From Amoebophrya sp. A120 (Eukaryota; Protista; Dinoflagellata), in assembly GCA_905178155.1 (NCBI GenBank), contig CAJINV010000001.1, positions 14,818,142-14,882,141 on the forward strand: a stretch of DNA of 64,000 nt, written 5' to 3'. Under the pieces are notes generated by a model. It was not told the origin of the DNA and made no database searches. It saw only the letters and a program-made list of their open reading frames with translations. A program made the translations under genes and the position numbers. Below are positions 46,792-61,390 of this stretch, in pieces; position 1 is the stretch's first letter; every line of letters begins with the position of its first letter.

Positions 46792-49700
46792 CTACGCGTT
46801 TTCTTCTTCTTTGCGGATTCTGGATTCTGTTGCTTCGGGGCGAACCGGTTCGACACAACAACGGGAATCGCGGGTGGCTGGGGGAGTGTGCCTGAAGAAA
46901 GTTTTAGTTGATGTAGTTTGTGAGTATTGCAACAGAAACGGAGAGTCAGACAGTGCGACGTTTGAAGATCACTGGAAAGGACGGGGACACACCGGGAGTG
47001 CAAAAACAACAAAAACGCGCAGGCAAAATCAGACACCGGCATCAAGAATCAATAGTACGATGAATCTGCTCGTTAAATTTGACGGTTTCCTCACTTTTGG
47101 CGGAGGAGATGCTGGACCTCGGGGTCTTCTGTCCATCCTCATCGTCCGAGATTTCTTTCACCTAAAATGGGATTTTGATGTGCTTTGCAATTTTGATTTT
47201 CATCCTCGGCAAAGCGTCAAACGATCAAGGAAGAGAGAGACCACGCCGCTCCCAGAGGAGCCTCCACACCATCACTTTATCCTAGTACCTGGACTTCGTA
47301 ATCATCGGCCGCCTCTTTGTTGACGTGCAGATGCAACTTGACGCTGTCGACGGCTCCCTTGATTCGCAGATTTTCCAATTGCAGCTCGTACTCGCGCCGC
47401 ATGTGCTCGATTTGCTGCTCCTGCTTTTGCACCTGGAACCGTAGCTCGGTAAGCTCTTTGTTCTTCTCCGAGTTGTCGGACCGCAAAACTTCCAGCTCGG
47501 TCTGACGTTGTTTTTGTATTGAAAATCGTTCGCTGACCACTGCTCTTGCTTTGCTATAGGTAGTGCCTGCCCTACTTCCGGCTTGCGGAGTGCCAGTGCG
47601 TCATGTGTAATGTGAAGCATGGACTAGAGATGCTTCTTTCTAAATACGCAACAGGTTCGTATTTCCAAGAATATTACCTTGCCACTTTGTATTTCCTGCC
47701 CGAACTTGGCTTCGCACTCCTGGACAATTGACCGTGCCGCTTTCTCAACGTTTTCCCGCTCGTCTTGCAGCGTCTTTGCCTCCTTCAGCAACGATTTCTC
47801 CGCTTGCTTCACGTCCTTGAGCTGAGAACGAGCGCAGTTTGATTTTTTTTTTTTGGCAATATTTATTAGCCCTTCATGGGAGCCCTTTTGTTTTGAGCAT
47901 GAGCCTTGTACGACGATAACTTCCGCAAGCTACACCAACACAAACAAACAGTGGACAAAACCACCTCGTTGTAGTACCTCGTCTTCACTTGCCCGCAACC
48001 GCTCTTCCGTGCGCGCTACCTGTTCCGTGAGGTCACGCACCTGCTTTTTTAGGTGATCACACTTCGTTTCCATGCGCTTTTTTGCGGTGGAGTGGTCCGC
48101 CTTCATCTCCTTCTGGATGTATTGAAAAGCCTGCTCCGCCTGCTGCGCTTGCAAACGGAACCGCTCCACCTCGGATTTCAAGTTCTTCGTGATGGACTTC
48201 TGCTCGTCAAGCTTTTCCAAAGCCTCCTCGTAAGCCCCCTCCAACTTCACTTGCTGTTTTTGATTTTTATGTATGATAGATTCAACTTGATGAATGCGTT
48301 CATCCAGCACACTCGGGGCCTTTTCATAGAAGTAGATTCTGCACATTGACAAACAGCCGCACATGAAAGTTGTACTTACATACCTCGCCCTCCTTGAAAG
48401 TTAGGAGCTCGGCTCTGCGCTGACGGTACTCCTCTGTGCTTTCAATCAGCATTTCGAGCTCGCCGATTTGGTTCAGCAACGCGCCGTGCCTCACGTCCGC
48501 TGGATAGGGTTTTCGTTTGGTTTGTTCAACATGAGCATCAATTTACGTCCTGCAGCAAAAAGAACAAGCTAGTGGCTATTTGAATTCGTGCACGAGTGCT
48601 AAGGAACGCGACAAAAAAAACTGTATAAAAACATCAACATGATGCGAATATGAATAAGTACTTTCTTTATGAAGCTCCTTGAACTTCCTCGCCCACTGTC
48701 GGTGTATCTTGGCTACTATCCGCTTGTGTTCCTCCTGGTATTTCCGACTAGTATGGGCGCAAAATCCGAAGCCAAGTCAGGAAAGCTATTGAAAATCAAT
48801 GCCAAGCTCGAGCAAATGCAAACTTCAGCTCGATTGCTACTTTTGCTGTGTGCAAAATTCTGACTAGACCCCCGGCTTTACTCTTGATAACTATTTTCGA
48901 ATATGTTGTCCGTCAGCTCAACCTGATATTGTTTTGATATTCGCTGACGAGGAGAAAAATGAGGTCAACAGTACGTCGATGTTGATGAATCTTTCTTTTT
49001 ACAAAAAAATCTAATATGCCGCTCACACAGGTACAACTTGTTACCTCAAACTTGTCCGCCCCCTCCACACTCTTCGACGCGGAGGGGCTGTCGTCGAGGG
49101 AATCTGACTCAGAATCGTCGTCCCGTTGCAGGAGGTTGTTGGACTTGGTAAGCGAGTTGTGGCGTCTCTGGTAGAAATTCTTCTCTTCCCGGTCGAATGC
49201 TTCCACCTTCTTCTTCCAGTCTTTCGGTATTGCGCTACTGCTCGACGAGCTCGAGGGAAGATTTTGCCCCACGTTGACCAACGTTCCCGCTGAGGGATCA
49301 AAGGAGGAAACAACACCATTTTTCGGCTGGTAAGACGATGATGTTGTAGTTGCACCACCAGCACGGTTGACGTTTTTCCGTGCTGCCGGCTGCTTCTTGT
49401 CCATTTTGCTGAGCAAGCTTTTGATGTCCTCCACGCGGCATTCGTCTTCCTGTTTTTCCCGCTTTTTCGCGGAGGAGGAGGGTATTCTGGATTTAGGCTT
49501 TTGGATCTTCACTGGCGTGACCTTCAGTACCGGTTTCACGGACTTAGATTCTTCCTCCTCGCTGCTGTAGTCCTGGGCCGGCTCTTTCACCGGCGTCGCT
49601 CTGCTCTCGCGACTCGTCCGAGCGGAGGACTTGATGTGGCTCACGCTCCTGCTGCTCTCGGCCTCGTCCACGTGGTCGTGTATCATGCTGGGTTGTTCCT

Positions 49701-50157
49701 TATGATCCTTTTTCCGCGACGAAGGAGCGTAATTCGCGCCACTGCTCGTCGCCACCGGAGAGGCCTTGTTCGCGTTTTTTTCGTTCGAAAACGAGTGTGC
49801 CATGCGCCAAAACTGCTTCTTCCGCGAACTGGACGGGTAGTTGTAGTCATCATCGTTCTCTTCATCCCCCACCAGATCGATCTTTTTCGGGTACTTACTA
49901 CTTTTCGCAGCGGACGCCGGCTTGTGTTTTGGTACCGCGCTGGAGACCCGCGAGGCGGACATGGATCCGGTGTTGCGACTGGCCGAACTGCTGGCACTGC
50001 TGGATTGCGAACCGGACAATTTTGCGCTGCTCCCGACTTGCGACGCGCTCGCGGCACGCTGGTACTGCTCCAATTTTTGCCGAAAGTGGCCGCGCTGTGG
50101 CAGGTCATTCTCGTCGACTTCTGCCGAGCTGCGCCCGAGGCTCGGGGAAGAAGGCAT
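46792..50157 (-). CDS. Hypothetical Ser-rich N-terminal / coiled-coil C-terminal protein, multi-exon
   Basis: Long first exon, then short GT-AG-flanked exons encoding coiled-coil segments (LEKLDEQKSITKNLKSEVER, ELTELRFQVQKQEQQIE). 3' end approximate. Confidence 0.6.
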
Positions 50158-50617
50158 ATTGGAATGATTCCTTGGATCTACAGGCTGCTCAGAAGATGCA
50201 AACTGAGAACACCAATGGTGCGGGGAGGTGGTGACGCGGCTACCACGTGACTCAGTGCAATTGCGGTAGATAATGCAAATACGTTATTTCCGTGGTTGAA
50301 GAGAACAACTACAGATCAACAAGGCTTGTTCTCTGAAACTTGCAATAGGGATCTTCATCTTGGTCTACTTTCTCACCTCTCGACCGAAATCCTAGATTCA
50401 GACATGTCAGCAGGAAGAACAGGGAAGATGTGCGTTGTTTAGTGCATTAATTAGGCGAAGGAAAATGAAACACTAACATCGAGGACTTTTTTAGGTTTTC
50501 TCCCAGACGAAACACACACTCTCTCCGTCCGGCCATCTTGCTCAGACGATGGTGCAAATCGACGCAACACATAATCACAAACGAACGAGCGACGCCCCGT
50601 AATTACAGCGGCGAATG

Positions 50618-52690
50618 TCACGACGTACTAGAAGTTGCGAGAGTTGACTTTGCAGTTTCTCTTTCTGCTTCAATTATATCCATTTGTTCTATGTCGACAA
50701 GTAGTCGTGATGGATTGATCATATTATGGGACGACGGCACGAAACTTTGCTTTAAAAAGTACGATGCAGGAGACTCAGTCATGCAGATGTATGGAAACTC
50801 AAACTGATCAAAGAAGCAAGTGCACGACAGTGAGTGGGTACTTACAACTAGACCTTCCGGAATCGAGCAAGCACGCTGCGTGAACCGCTCTAGGAGATGA
50901 TGTTGCTGCAGCAGCCTTCTTCGATTAGCTGGAAATAGTACTCTCGGCGTCGGTGGTGCTTTTGCTGGAACCTGAAGGCACGACGGACTCTTTCGGCACT
51001 TCCTTGGACTCTTTCCGCGCTTTCGCAAAGGCCTCCCGCACAACCAAAATTTTCGCCGCAAGCTCTGTGCGGAACGCCGCGAAATTCGGCTTCTCTGCAG
51101 CCGGCGCAAACGTGGTTCGAATTTTCTCATCGATGGTGGCCTCGCTTGTGGAGCTGAACGTTCATTATTTGCACAGGACCAATACTCTGCAGTCAGAGGA
51201 CGTCTAGTAGACAAAGAGCTCCATGTCCATTTGCACCCAAACGAAAGTATCACTATCAGTATCACTGAAAACAAGAAACAAAAAACTAGCTTTGAATATG
51301 TGCTGTTACCTCGTACTGAATAATATCGCGTTGAGAAAACTGCTCTGCTATTGCACAAAAGCTGTATCACTGTATCGCTCTTTCCTCGTTTATCTCGCAT
51401 GCAGAGCCGCGTGGCATCGACACATCCTCAGCGTCGGTCAATACCGGATACCGAGGACGAGAGAAACTGCCATGCCTAGGAAGGAAGGAATTCTGAATCT
51501 GAAAGCAACTTCACAGTGATTCACCGTTTTCTATCTTGGATATCTGTCCATCCTCCTGCAATGCTGCGTCTAATGAGCCACTGTCGTCAACGCCAAAGAG
51601 TTTTGGAACCTGGTGTTGCGCAGGATATCAACATCATGTGTCGAAAAAGAACATTGACCCGTAGTCGCGATCAGGAGGGGCATGGGCAACATACAATATT
51701 TTGTTTTTAATAACTAAACGTACTTTAAATATTCTTCCGTACCTCCTCCATGAGCCACATTTCGACTTCGCTTCGTAACCTCAGGCTTGTGACGCTCAGC
51801 CGTCGTTCCCCCTGTGTGTTGATGATCTAATAGGTTGCTAGCTCTAGAGGCTTAGGCAAAGAGTGTCTTCTACGAAGGTGGTCCACCAAGCAAACTAGCC
51901 GGTTCGGGGCGCGCGTTTCTTGTCTTCTGCTCTTGTCATCAAACCGTCAAGTTGTAAAATCGCAGTGGCTGCGTTTGCAGCATGCCGAAAAAGCGCGGGC
52001 GCATGACCTGGCATGCAGTAAGACCGACTGGGCGGCGGACGGAGATTGGGCCGGTGGTGGGCAAAACGAGGTGGCCTCTCTCGTCCTCAGGCGCGATTAG
52101 GCACTTCATCTTCTAGTATCACACGCACTTCCATGTGCAAATAATGACGAAACAGTCAAAGCCAACCCGTAGTTTTCAACATTACCGCCAGATATTTCTT
52201 GTCGTTTATTGACGCCCCGTCCCCGGCCTGCAGTGCGTCCGCGTGCAGACTGGGCCGTCGATCCTTTGAGGAAAGCCTTCCACCGCTGGTCTGCGCCTCT
52301 TGGGGAGACGATATTGTCGTCATTCTGTTCCACCAGCGCAGCAGCTAACTCCGAACGACGCGAAGGATAGTACACGCGTGCGCGTGGTGGAGGTGGACGG
52401 TCGCGATTTATTGCAAGCAGGCACAGGTCCAACGCCAACCAACTCCCACCACCTTGTCCCGCATAAGCCCCCAGCGCTGTTGAGCACCTAATAGTACCAC
52501 CGCACCATTGCGCGCGCTGTGCTGCGAGTTGTTGCTTAGTGCTGATGTCGAGACTGAGCAGCGTATGTATACTTTTCAAAGAAATACGATCAGCAAGTAA
52601 GTACGTAAGTGCGCCAGCTTTTGCAGCTGCTTGTATTTCGGCGTCAAGAAACACACCCTCCAAAAAGATCCTCTGAGGAGATCTAAACAT
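50618..52690 (-). other. Possible degenerate or multi-exon coding region of unknown identity
   Basis: Protein-like minus-strand segments in different frames, with no consistent gene model or domain. Confidence 0.2.
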
Positions 52691-53784
52691 GTTAGTCTGC
52701 TTTCTTTTTCAGAACACGGACCGCAAACGAAAAGAAAAAAACCCGATCTCTCGTGCAGGCCAAGCCTCCCCACTCACTGTCTCTCTCGACCTCGAAACCT
52801 GCCGCAGTCCTGGGCAAAAAAAATATCGGCGCCTTCCTGTAATATTTGGATCAGATTCAGAATTGTAAGTACTGATGAAAATAAATCAAAAAGCATTGAA
52901 TTGCTGCGCGACCATGGCAAAACAGGCGGAAAAGGCCGAACAGAAAAAGCGCCACGAGCATATTCGCAATGGCCTCTTTCACCAGCGGGCGCTGCAACCC
53001 GGTAGCCGTCACCTTTCTTATTCTTTTTGCGTTTGTGGTCTCTGTAATAATACGGGCTCATAATTCTGTTCGAGTAACTGCAATCTTTTTTGGAACATGC
53101 TTGACCGCAAGACAGGATACCACATATGAGATAGAGACTGAAATAAATGCATCTTTTTCTTTGTTCTGTCAGAGGTCGAAATAGAAGGAGGACAATCGAA
53201 AAGTAAAACGCCACCCATCGCAACGCTGAGAGCGCCACAGATGATGCCGCAAAACAATAAGTAATTATGGGGTTTGTAATGCTGTTCGAGATAAATCTTT
53301 TTCTTTTGGATATCGGGGGACAACAAAGACAAATGGAAAAGACACCACCTCATCGAGGAATTATAAAGCTTAGTCTGTAAGATGAATGAAAAAAGGGGGC
53401 GAGCAAATAGACGAGATAGTTTGAAAATATGAGAGCGCCGGGAAGGCGAGAAAGAGAATAGAAATACGATTACGAATTCGCTATTCGTTAATTCAGTGTC
53501 AATGTTGCGCTTCGTGGTCTATATTCTCGTTAGTCTCGGGGGGAAAAGGATCTTCAGTCAACAACAACAGCTGAGCAAAAGTACAATAAAGTGACTCCTG
53601 CTTCTACTTGCTTGTTAAAATGCTTTTGCTACACTCACTGTGTACAACCACTTGTACTTGTAAACGATAAAATCGCTCCCATAAAATTGTGATTGCTACC
53701 GAATTACACACAACTTCGTAGCTTCTGCTAAATCTCCGATAGCATACTAGCTTTAGTAATGGGAGACTTTAGACCACCTTCTTC

Positions 53785-56308
53785 TCAAATACTGACGTTT
53801 TTAGCCTTTTTCGACGCCAAAAATCTTCCTGAGGGTGGCACCACCGCGCCTCCGGCACCAGGCGCCGTTTGCACCAGACCCAGGTGCTCGTCCTGGCCGG
53901 TCACCGTATCCGTCGCACTGGCGCAGAAGGAAACCGACCACCGAACCAGGTTGGCCAACGCGACGAGAGACAGCAGGACGATCAACAGCTGGCACCACTG
54001 CTCATAAGTTCGCGGTAGCGACACCTGCATGCGCTTGCCGCAAAGACTGGACAGCCCGCCGCCTTCCAGCTCCCCTTTGGAATTCTCGAGCCGAGGGGAG
54101 CGAGACCGGCTGCCCCGCCGATTGCTATCGCTCGAGACGGAAGCGCCGTTGTTTGCGACCTGGTGGATGTTAATTTATGTGTGACCACTTTCTCTCTAAA
54201 TGTGATCTAACGAGGATGATTGCAGTCGGATTAGAAGTGCTAAAACTGCGCGCGCAACGCGGTTTCCCTTGTTTTGCCATTGACTCCCGGTCCCGGATTC
54301 ATGTGGAAATTGGAATCACTGCTAAATAACATCAGAAGAAGTAACATCAAAAAAGAAATGACTATACCCGCGCCCCGGAACAGCGCGCCCCGTCAACACC
54401 CGTGTCGTACCGTCCCCCGGCGTGGTGCGAGTGCGTCGACCCCTGATCCTGGTGCCCCCGTATGAGATGGTCGCCGGACACTGAGCGGAAGCCAAAGACC
54501 ATCCACAAGAGCTGCCGCGACCAGCTGGCGGGGTCGGTGAGCGAAAAACCCGTCACGTACCGTGACTTGTTGTTCCCGTCACTGTAGTGGTAGTTGTAGC
54601 TGGGCGGGCGGGGAGAGGTGGTGGAGGAATTCAATTCTTCGCCCAGCTGCTCCTGGGATGAAGAAGAGGAACCACCACCGCCCGTAGCACCTCCTCCCGA
54701 GGTCGACGTTCCTCCTCCCGGCTGCCGAGTCCGGAGCAAATGCTGCTGGAAGTGGTCCTCGTCGGAGGTCAAAAACTCGTCCAGCTTCAACCCGCCGCGG
54801 CCCGCGGCGGTCTGCTTCGGAACCATCGCGTGGTTCTCGTCGTCGGCGTGGAACGGATCGTCTAGCGCGGACCGCCGCGTGGAGCAGCAGCTCTTGGTCC
54901 GGTAGATGTGGTCCGTGTCCGAACCGCTCGACCCGGAGGAGGGCCCGGGGCACTCGGTTTCCGCGTCGGTTGTCGCGTATTTGCCGTCCCGCGTGTTCAC
55001 AACCGGGAGCGACGCTTTGTACTTTTCCAGCTTCTCGATTACCGCCCGAACCGACGCAATGGTTTCCGCGTCGGCCTCCGGGGGGGCAAAATTTATTTGC
55101 GGATCTTTACTGTCTGCTCCATGATGCTGTTGTGCGGGCGACGACGTGTTGTAGTTGTCGGTCATGGCGATCTCCGCGTGATCACTCTCGAGGGGCGCAA
55201 CTACAACCTCGTCGTTCTGAAAATGATTTTTCGAGGGCAGCTTGTGTCTGCAAGAAGAGCCTTCTTTGTTCTTCTTATCCTTCTCGATTTTCTTGGTTTT
55301 GTTGTGCGCAGAGGACGTCGAACTGTCGAGGCCGACAGCGGCGCCTTTGAGATAGCTCAATGAGCGACAAGCTTTGTCCGCGAGCGCTTCCGCGACCAAT
55401 TGTGTGGTCGACTTCACGGCGGATTCCTGCTCCACAGGAAGTTGGACGGAAGTTGTTGGTTCGGAAAATTTTTCCGCATCGTGCGGACCTCCGGAAGCCA
55501 GGATTTGCAGGTAAACCTCGGCATCCTCAAACAGAACCGTCTGTGTCGGTCGTACTTTGATAGCATTGTTGCTTGACAAACTGATCGTTCGATCGACTTC
55601 ATCCTTCGTCGAAGTCTTTCGCTCGTCGCTCACCGGCGCTGGTGCCGGCGCCGTAGAGGAGGATAATACGTCGACGCAGCAAGAGGAACTCATAAAGCTT
55701 TCCTCTTCCCGAGTCCAACAGTCCTCCTCGAAAGCTGGGAGCAGAGTCGTGCATTCCAGCTCCTGCACCAACAAAGAGTGCAGTGGACTGTGCACAAAGT
55801 CCTCGCCCTCGGTAGGACCTTGTTCCCGCGGCATCTTCACGCTGTTTCACTCCGCTCCTTTGGTGCTGAAGATGGAGTGTCGCGTTGACCAGAGGTTCTC
55901 CAGTAAGTTCTTGAGGGTCGTTCGGACTCCGGCGCTGCTTTCTTGTCGCTTGTTCGCGAGGGATACTCTTGTTGGGGTTGTCGTTTGTTTTACTTTTGGA
56001 TTTGGTTAGATCGTTTTTTCTTTTGACCTCTTTTCGACGTTACTCCAACAATGATGTTTTTACGCGGGGAGGGTGTAGCGGGGCGGACGATACTTCCGGT
56101 TCGGGGCGCTGACATGGGTGGTGTGTTTCATCATGTCCGGGTTGTTCTGCATCACGATTCTGGCCTCTTCACGCATCATCAAACGAGACAAAATTCCCAG
56201 CAGAAAAATCGGAAAGTGGAGAAGAAAAATAACCACGCAAAAACTGAAAAACCCCAGCGTCTTCTGGCGCGCCTTGCTGCTGAATAATTGTTGATTGTTT
56301 TGGGCCAT
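53785..56308 (-). CDS. Hypothetical membrane protein, multi-exon
   Basis: 492-aa central ORF 54362-55840, flanked by hydrophobic ORF segments at 56060-56308 and 53785-54030. Confidence 0.5.
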
Positions 56309-57605
56309 GATTTTAATAATGGGAAGAAAGAATCTTTTAAATCGAGGAGAAAGGGTCAGAAGGGGTCAGTGTTCTCTTGGTTCTCGTCGTGTCGTTGTTT
56401 GCAAAAGCAATCTTTCGGATATTATTGCCAAATGTGTAACAAGTGTTCGCAATTTATTTTCACAGTTCCCATGTAGAAGCAGTCAGACTCGCTATCGTAC
56501 TCTACGTTTGGAAAAAATGAATAACAAGTAACATCAACCACGAGCGCAAGGGAAGGACACTGGAAGAAAGAAATTGAATTTTTTTGTTAAATAAGTCTCA
56601 ACTACAGTTGGCATAAAAATGCACCGATAAGGAATGCCTTTGTCCGATGCTCGTACGATACGGAGCTGCAAATAACGCTTTCGCGGTTCTCCTTTGCCAC
56701 GTGTACGACAAGCAAGAACAGTAACCGAATTTAGCATTAACAGTGCACGATTTTCACCGATGATCTACGAGGCCAAGACCGCACGAGAACGAATGGGGCT
56801 GGCATCGACTGACCGATCCAGTGACAAGAAGACAATCTTCCTGGGAAGACCGACCCTAACTTTCGTACATTTTAAGAAATCAATAAAACGGGCACGATGT
56901 TGACCGATGCGTAGAAATGCGTAGCACCGAGTCAAGAGGACGATCATCGCAAACGAATCCTACACGCATGCATATCATTATTACCCATTCGTGTGATATA
57001 TTGGCCTGATAGACACTAATACGAGCATCGATGCAGGTGACTTTGCAACTTGCTTTCCTCGGTGCCTGCTCCTGCATAGTACAAGGTGAGTTTTACGTCT
57101 GCTAAAAAACTCTGGTAAAGACGAGGAGATTTTTTGCGGTTTAAAGTTATGTCTGAATGGGGTCGTGCTCACTTTCATCTGTGATTGTAGCCGCGTGGCA
57201 AATGGGGAGAGAACCACACATATGGCTTGTGCTCGCTTCTGGGTGAGCGAGATCCTGTTGTCTGGAACTCACAAATGGAGCCAGCCAAAGCAACCGCCTT
57301 ATCAGCTATGGAGGGGCAGAAATGACTGGAAAACTAATTCTAATTGTAGAAAATAAATATTACGAATGCTCAAATTTCTAAAAGAAGATCGCTATCTTCT
57401 GTGGGTGAAGAGGCTACAAAGTAGCTCGTTCTTTGCTATTGGACATCGAAAAATGTTGAAGCCACTGCGTGTTCTTGATTCTTTAATTATTGGATGATGC
57501 TGATGTGCCGATTGTGAATCTGAAATTATTCTTGCATACTTTTGTTTTTGTACAATTACAAGAAGGAGATGATGATGAAGTGTTCTTTTTCATTGGAGGC
57601 TTTTT

Positions 57606-58988
57606 CTAAATCGCGAGCGAGGCCAGGTCGTCCAGCTCCAGATTTGTCGTGGCCGCAGTAGCTGCGTCTTCACCAAGAACGCCATTCTGGGTGTCAACAA
57701 AAATCTTCGACGGCTTTTCCCCGCCAACACTCCGTCGCGCTTTTCTTCCCAGTTCCTCGAGAAGAAGTAGCTTCATTCGCGCATCGACTCCTTTGACGGA
57801 GGCCGCCTGCGTGCTGAGCAAAAAAGACGACGCCGCCGCGCTGGCGGTTTTTGTTGTGTTCATCTTGGCGCTTGTTGCTCTTGTGTCCCATTTCCGCTCC
57901 GTGTCCTCCTTGAGGGCGGGCTTGAAACAACAGTGCCACACACCGTAACTGACACCGACAACGAGGAGCAGAAGAGTGAAAATCCGCCAACAAATCAGGC
58001 GGCCCTGCCTGTGCTCTCGATCAACGTCGTCTATCTTTTTTTCCTCCTCGCTTCTTAAAAATTCCGGATATCGGGGGGTCTGCCGCGCGGTCATGATACC
58101 TTCCTTTGAGCCCTGTTTAAGGGGTACTTTCTTCGGCGCCACAGAGGATGGACCGCTCAAAAGCGGTGTGGTAGTAGTCGTCGTCGCTGCTTCCATATTT
58201 TTGGCACTGGCGGTTTTGGAACCGGCACGAATTTCCGTCGATGCCGGAGGTTGTCCAGAAGTACTCCCCTGCTGCTCAACACCTAAGGCAGAAGCTGCTC
58301 CAGCCGTGAGTTGTTTTTTTGCAACCAGTTGTCCGGTTATGTGCGTCTCACTGACCGGCTCTGCCGACATTAGCCCGCCCCCAGAAGGCGGATTTTCCTC
58401 GATATGCAACCAAGAAATAAAATTGTCCGGGTCATCAAACTGGTAAGGTAAGAATGCATGTAGTTAGTTCCGTCTGTTAGTCCTTGGTTCTTTTTGGGCC
58501 AAGCACAAGAAACAAATATAGACGGATTGTTCATCTCTTGATGTTCAAGTTTCAGAAAAGCGCAAACATCTCCTTCCTAATGAATTAGCAAGGAGACGAA
58601 GCGATAAAATAGTTTCGAATTTACTAGCAGACAGTTCCAGAGGCAGACACGAGTGGCGCATAACAATTTCACGACAGCCACCCAGACCGAGACAAATTTC
58701 ATTTCCCAAGGGATACGGGAAGGGCACAGACGAGATTGCGGCATCCGCTGTGGCTAAGTTAGGATTGGGGTTCGAGATCATAGCAGCCGTCGGGCCGGCG
58801 TTGCGTTCCCTGTGCTGGTGCAACGCCGTCGCTTCCACCGCGATGTTGTGGTGAAGGACATGCTGCTCCCCCGCACTTCCCTCCCTGCGCGCGAGCAGCT
58901 TGACTTTCGAAAATCCCGCCCCGGCGGCCGCATCCTGGTACAGCTCGTCTTCAGTCACAACTTCCCCGCCAAGTTGCGCGTTCCCCAT
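57606..58988 (-). CDS. Hypothetical single-pass membrane protein, 2 exons
   Basis: MGNAQ-initiated exon plus a 267-aa ORF with a TM segment (IFTLLLLVVGVSYGVWHCC). Intron boundaries not resolved. Confidence 0.5.
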
Positions 58989-60207
58989 GGTCTTATTTCC
59001 CAGATCGTGGGAGAGTAGACTACAAAGAACAATTTACATCTTCTATCCTCCGGCTACTACTTGTACATGGTATGCATGAAAACGTCCAAGAGAAAGCTCG
59101 AGGTGCAGAAAGTTACCGTTAGGAATATGATTAGCGTCAACCACGCTTCGTCACGTAGAAGAGTCGACGTGATTGGCAGAAGTTCCTCTTCTTGCTTCTC
59201 CTTCTCGTAGACTCTTCTTAGGGGCATTCATTGGGGAGTGCATTTTGTAGATAGTGATAGGGTTAGGGGTTGATTTTTCGCATAAGCAAATTGTAAGAAA
59301 ACCTTGGGTCGTGGCCTGGTGTTCAGAAGAGTGAGAGTCGCCAGAGATCGTGATGATGTATTGCTGAATAACTGTATGCTTTGTCCAAAAAAGGAAGCCG
59401 AACGAGAACGACAAAATAAGGACTGTACGATTACGATTCATGAGAGCTGCCATGGAATGTCTCCATTGCCTTCGAACGAAACATCAACAGGACCGAAACA
59501 AGTACGAACATGGAACTGTTTTTGTTTGCAAATAACTGAAGACGGACGAAAAACCGATCCTTGCTGCAATTCCATCGATGAGTACGTTGAAGACGCGCTT
59601 TTGCAAACCCAGAACTACCGATCATGCATAGAAGAGGTCATGTACAGTAGATACTGAACTTTCCGGTACTTACGCACGAGGAGTTGTCACGACCACGAGG
59701 AGAGCAAAGCCTAGTAAAAAGACGAAGACCGGGGACGAAAACGAAGACATAAGCAGTGCGACAAGAACATTCGTCGTAAATAAAAACTATCTATCCATGT
59801 GTCACCGATTTCTTATTTTCGATACAAAGCCAAATTGCAAGAGGAAGAACAAGTGCGATAAGTGCGACATGCGGAACGTCAAGATAGCCGAAAACTTGGA
59901 TTGAATTCAGAAAAGTTTTCGTAGGGTCGGAATTTTCTAAAAATTCAGATGAAAAGTATGCTGCTAAAATTGCGAAACGGCAAAATACAGCTATGGCACG
60001 GGGGATACTCGTACTCTTGTCTTGCCTGGAAAGCAAAAATATGAAAACGGAGAGCAGATGCAACGCTAGACCTTGCCCGGGGGGGCGACAGAGTCACGCA
60101 CGACAAGCGACCGTGCTCATTTGGATGATGAAAGTTTTTTCTGGGGTTAATTTCTAGAAGAAGAGGAGGAGAACGAGAAGAAAAAAAGTTACAAAAAATA
60201 CTATTAT

Positions 60208-60798
60208 CACATTACATTAACTAGCAAAATTTCGACACTTTGAGCAATATGCAATATGGCAATATGACAAAATGACAATATGACTGCTAGAGTTTGAGCA
60301 ATATGACCTTGCGCAACGTCAGGACCTGGAAGCCGACCTGGCGGCGCCCGCCGCTACTTGCGTTGCGAGGCCAGCTGTCCGGCCCAGATGCTGCGAAAAG
60401 ACGCATGCAGCGGCGCACTACATGGCGCAGCTGCGACACAAATTGAAGAAATAGACTGCTGGGAGCCCCGGCGCACTAGCGCCGCCCTCGCTAACAGCGG
60501 GGGTGGCGAGACGCCTTGTCAACCCACAGGCGCGAAAGAGGTGCACAGCAGGCGCCTGCTCGATCGCCCCAAAGTCGGCGCAAGAGCATACGCGCCCTAA
60601 CCTCATGGCCGCAACACCCGAGAGACAGCGCTCGGGTGGGGCCAATTTTCAATCGTCAGCCGGTCACGAGCAATATGCAATATGGCAATATAACAAAATG
60701 ACAATATGAGAAGTGGGGTTTTTGCAGGATTTTCATGTCGTCGCGCCCATATGTCATATTGGAGCACTATGTGTCATATTGCTAGTTAATGTAATCTG
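60208..60798. mobile_element. Intergenic non-autonomous TIR element (MITE-like, 591 bp), family E
   Basis: TIR ca(c/g)attacattaactagcaa at both ends and 6-bp TSD tattat at 60202-60207 and 60799-60804. Internal ~42-bp direct repeat at 60242 and 60668. Confidence 0.85.
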
Positions 60799-61390
60799 TA
60801 TTATGTATCCCTGCCGTGCAGTTGACTAACCATACCGGCACTGCTCGTGCTGAAGTCATGCTGGTCAGCGTGGGGCATTTCTTCTCGATGCCGTAAATGC
60901 TAAAGCCACTTGCTTAAACCTGAACATTATTCAAATTCCGTTCGTGCATGGCGATAATGTCAACCACGCAGCATGAATACCGTCCAGCACGAGTACAGTA
61001 CTGTCTTTGTGAAGTGGCGGAAAAGTAACTTGTTATACAGGAAGGAGAAGGACAAACGAATGAATGGCGTTTGTGGATAGTGCTATTTCTCTTAATTTTG
61101 CATGAAAGAATGTGGTTACCGACAAAGATTATGTCGACTCAGCGAAAATAAGGTTAGCAGGAACGTAATTTACGCGCCTGCTTCTTCTAATTTGTTTTCT
61201 GAGGGCTGTGAAAACAAATACAAAACCAAAATAATGACAAGAAGAACTACACCTCGCACGATGCGGGGACGCATTCCACTAACTCGTCAGGGCTCATCTT
61301 CAGGGGGGATTGAGTTTCGCCGGAAAGAGAATGTGCTTCGTCTTGAGAAAAGGTTTAAATTTCGGACTCGACAGCACCTGATCGAAGATG

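Noticed and set aside
56973-56998. Short tatca...tgata inverted repeat
   Set aside because: Only a 5-bp stem with no flanking TSD, so probably chance.
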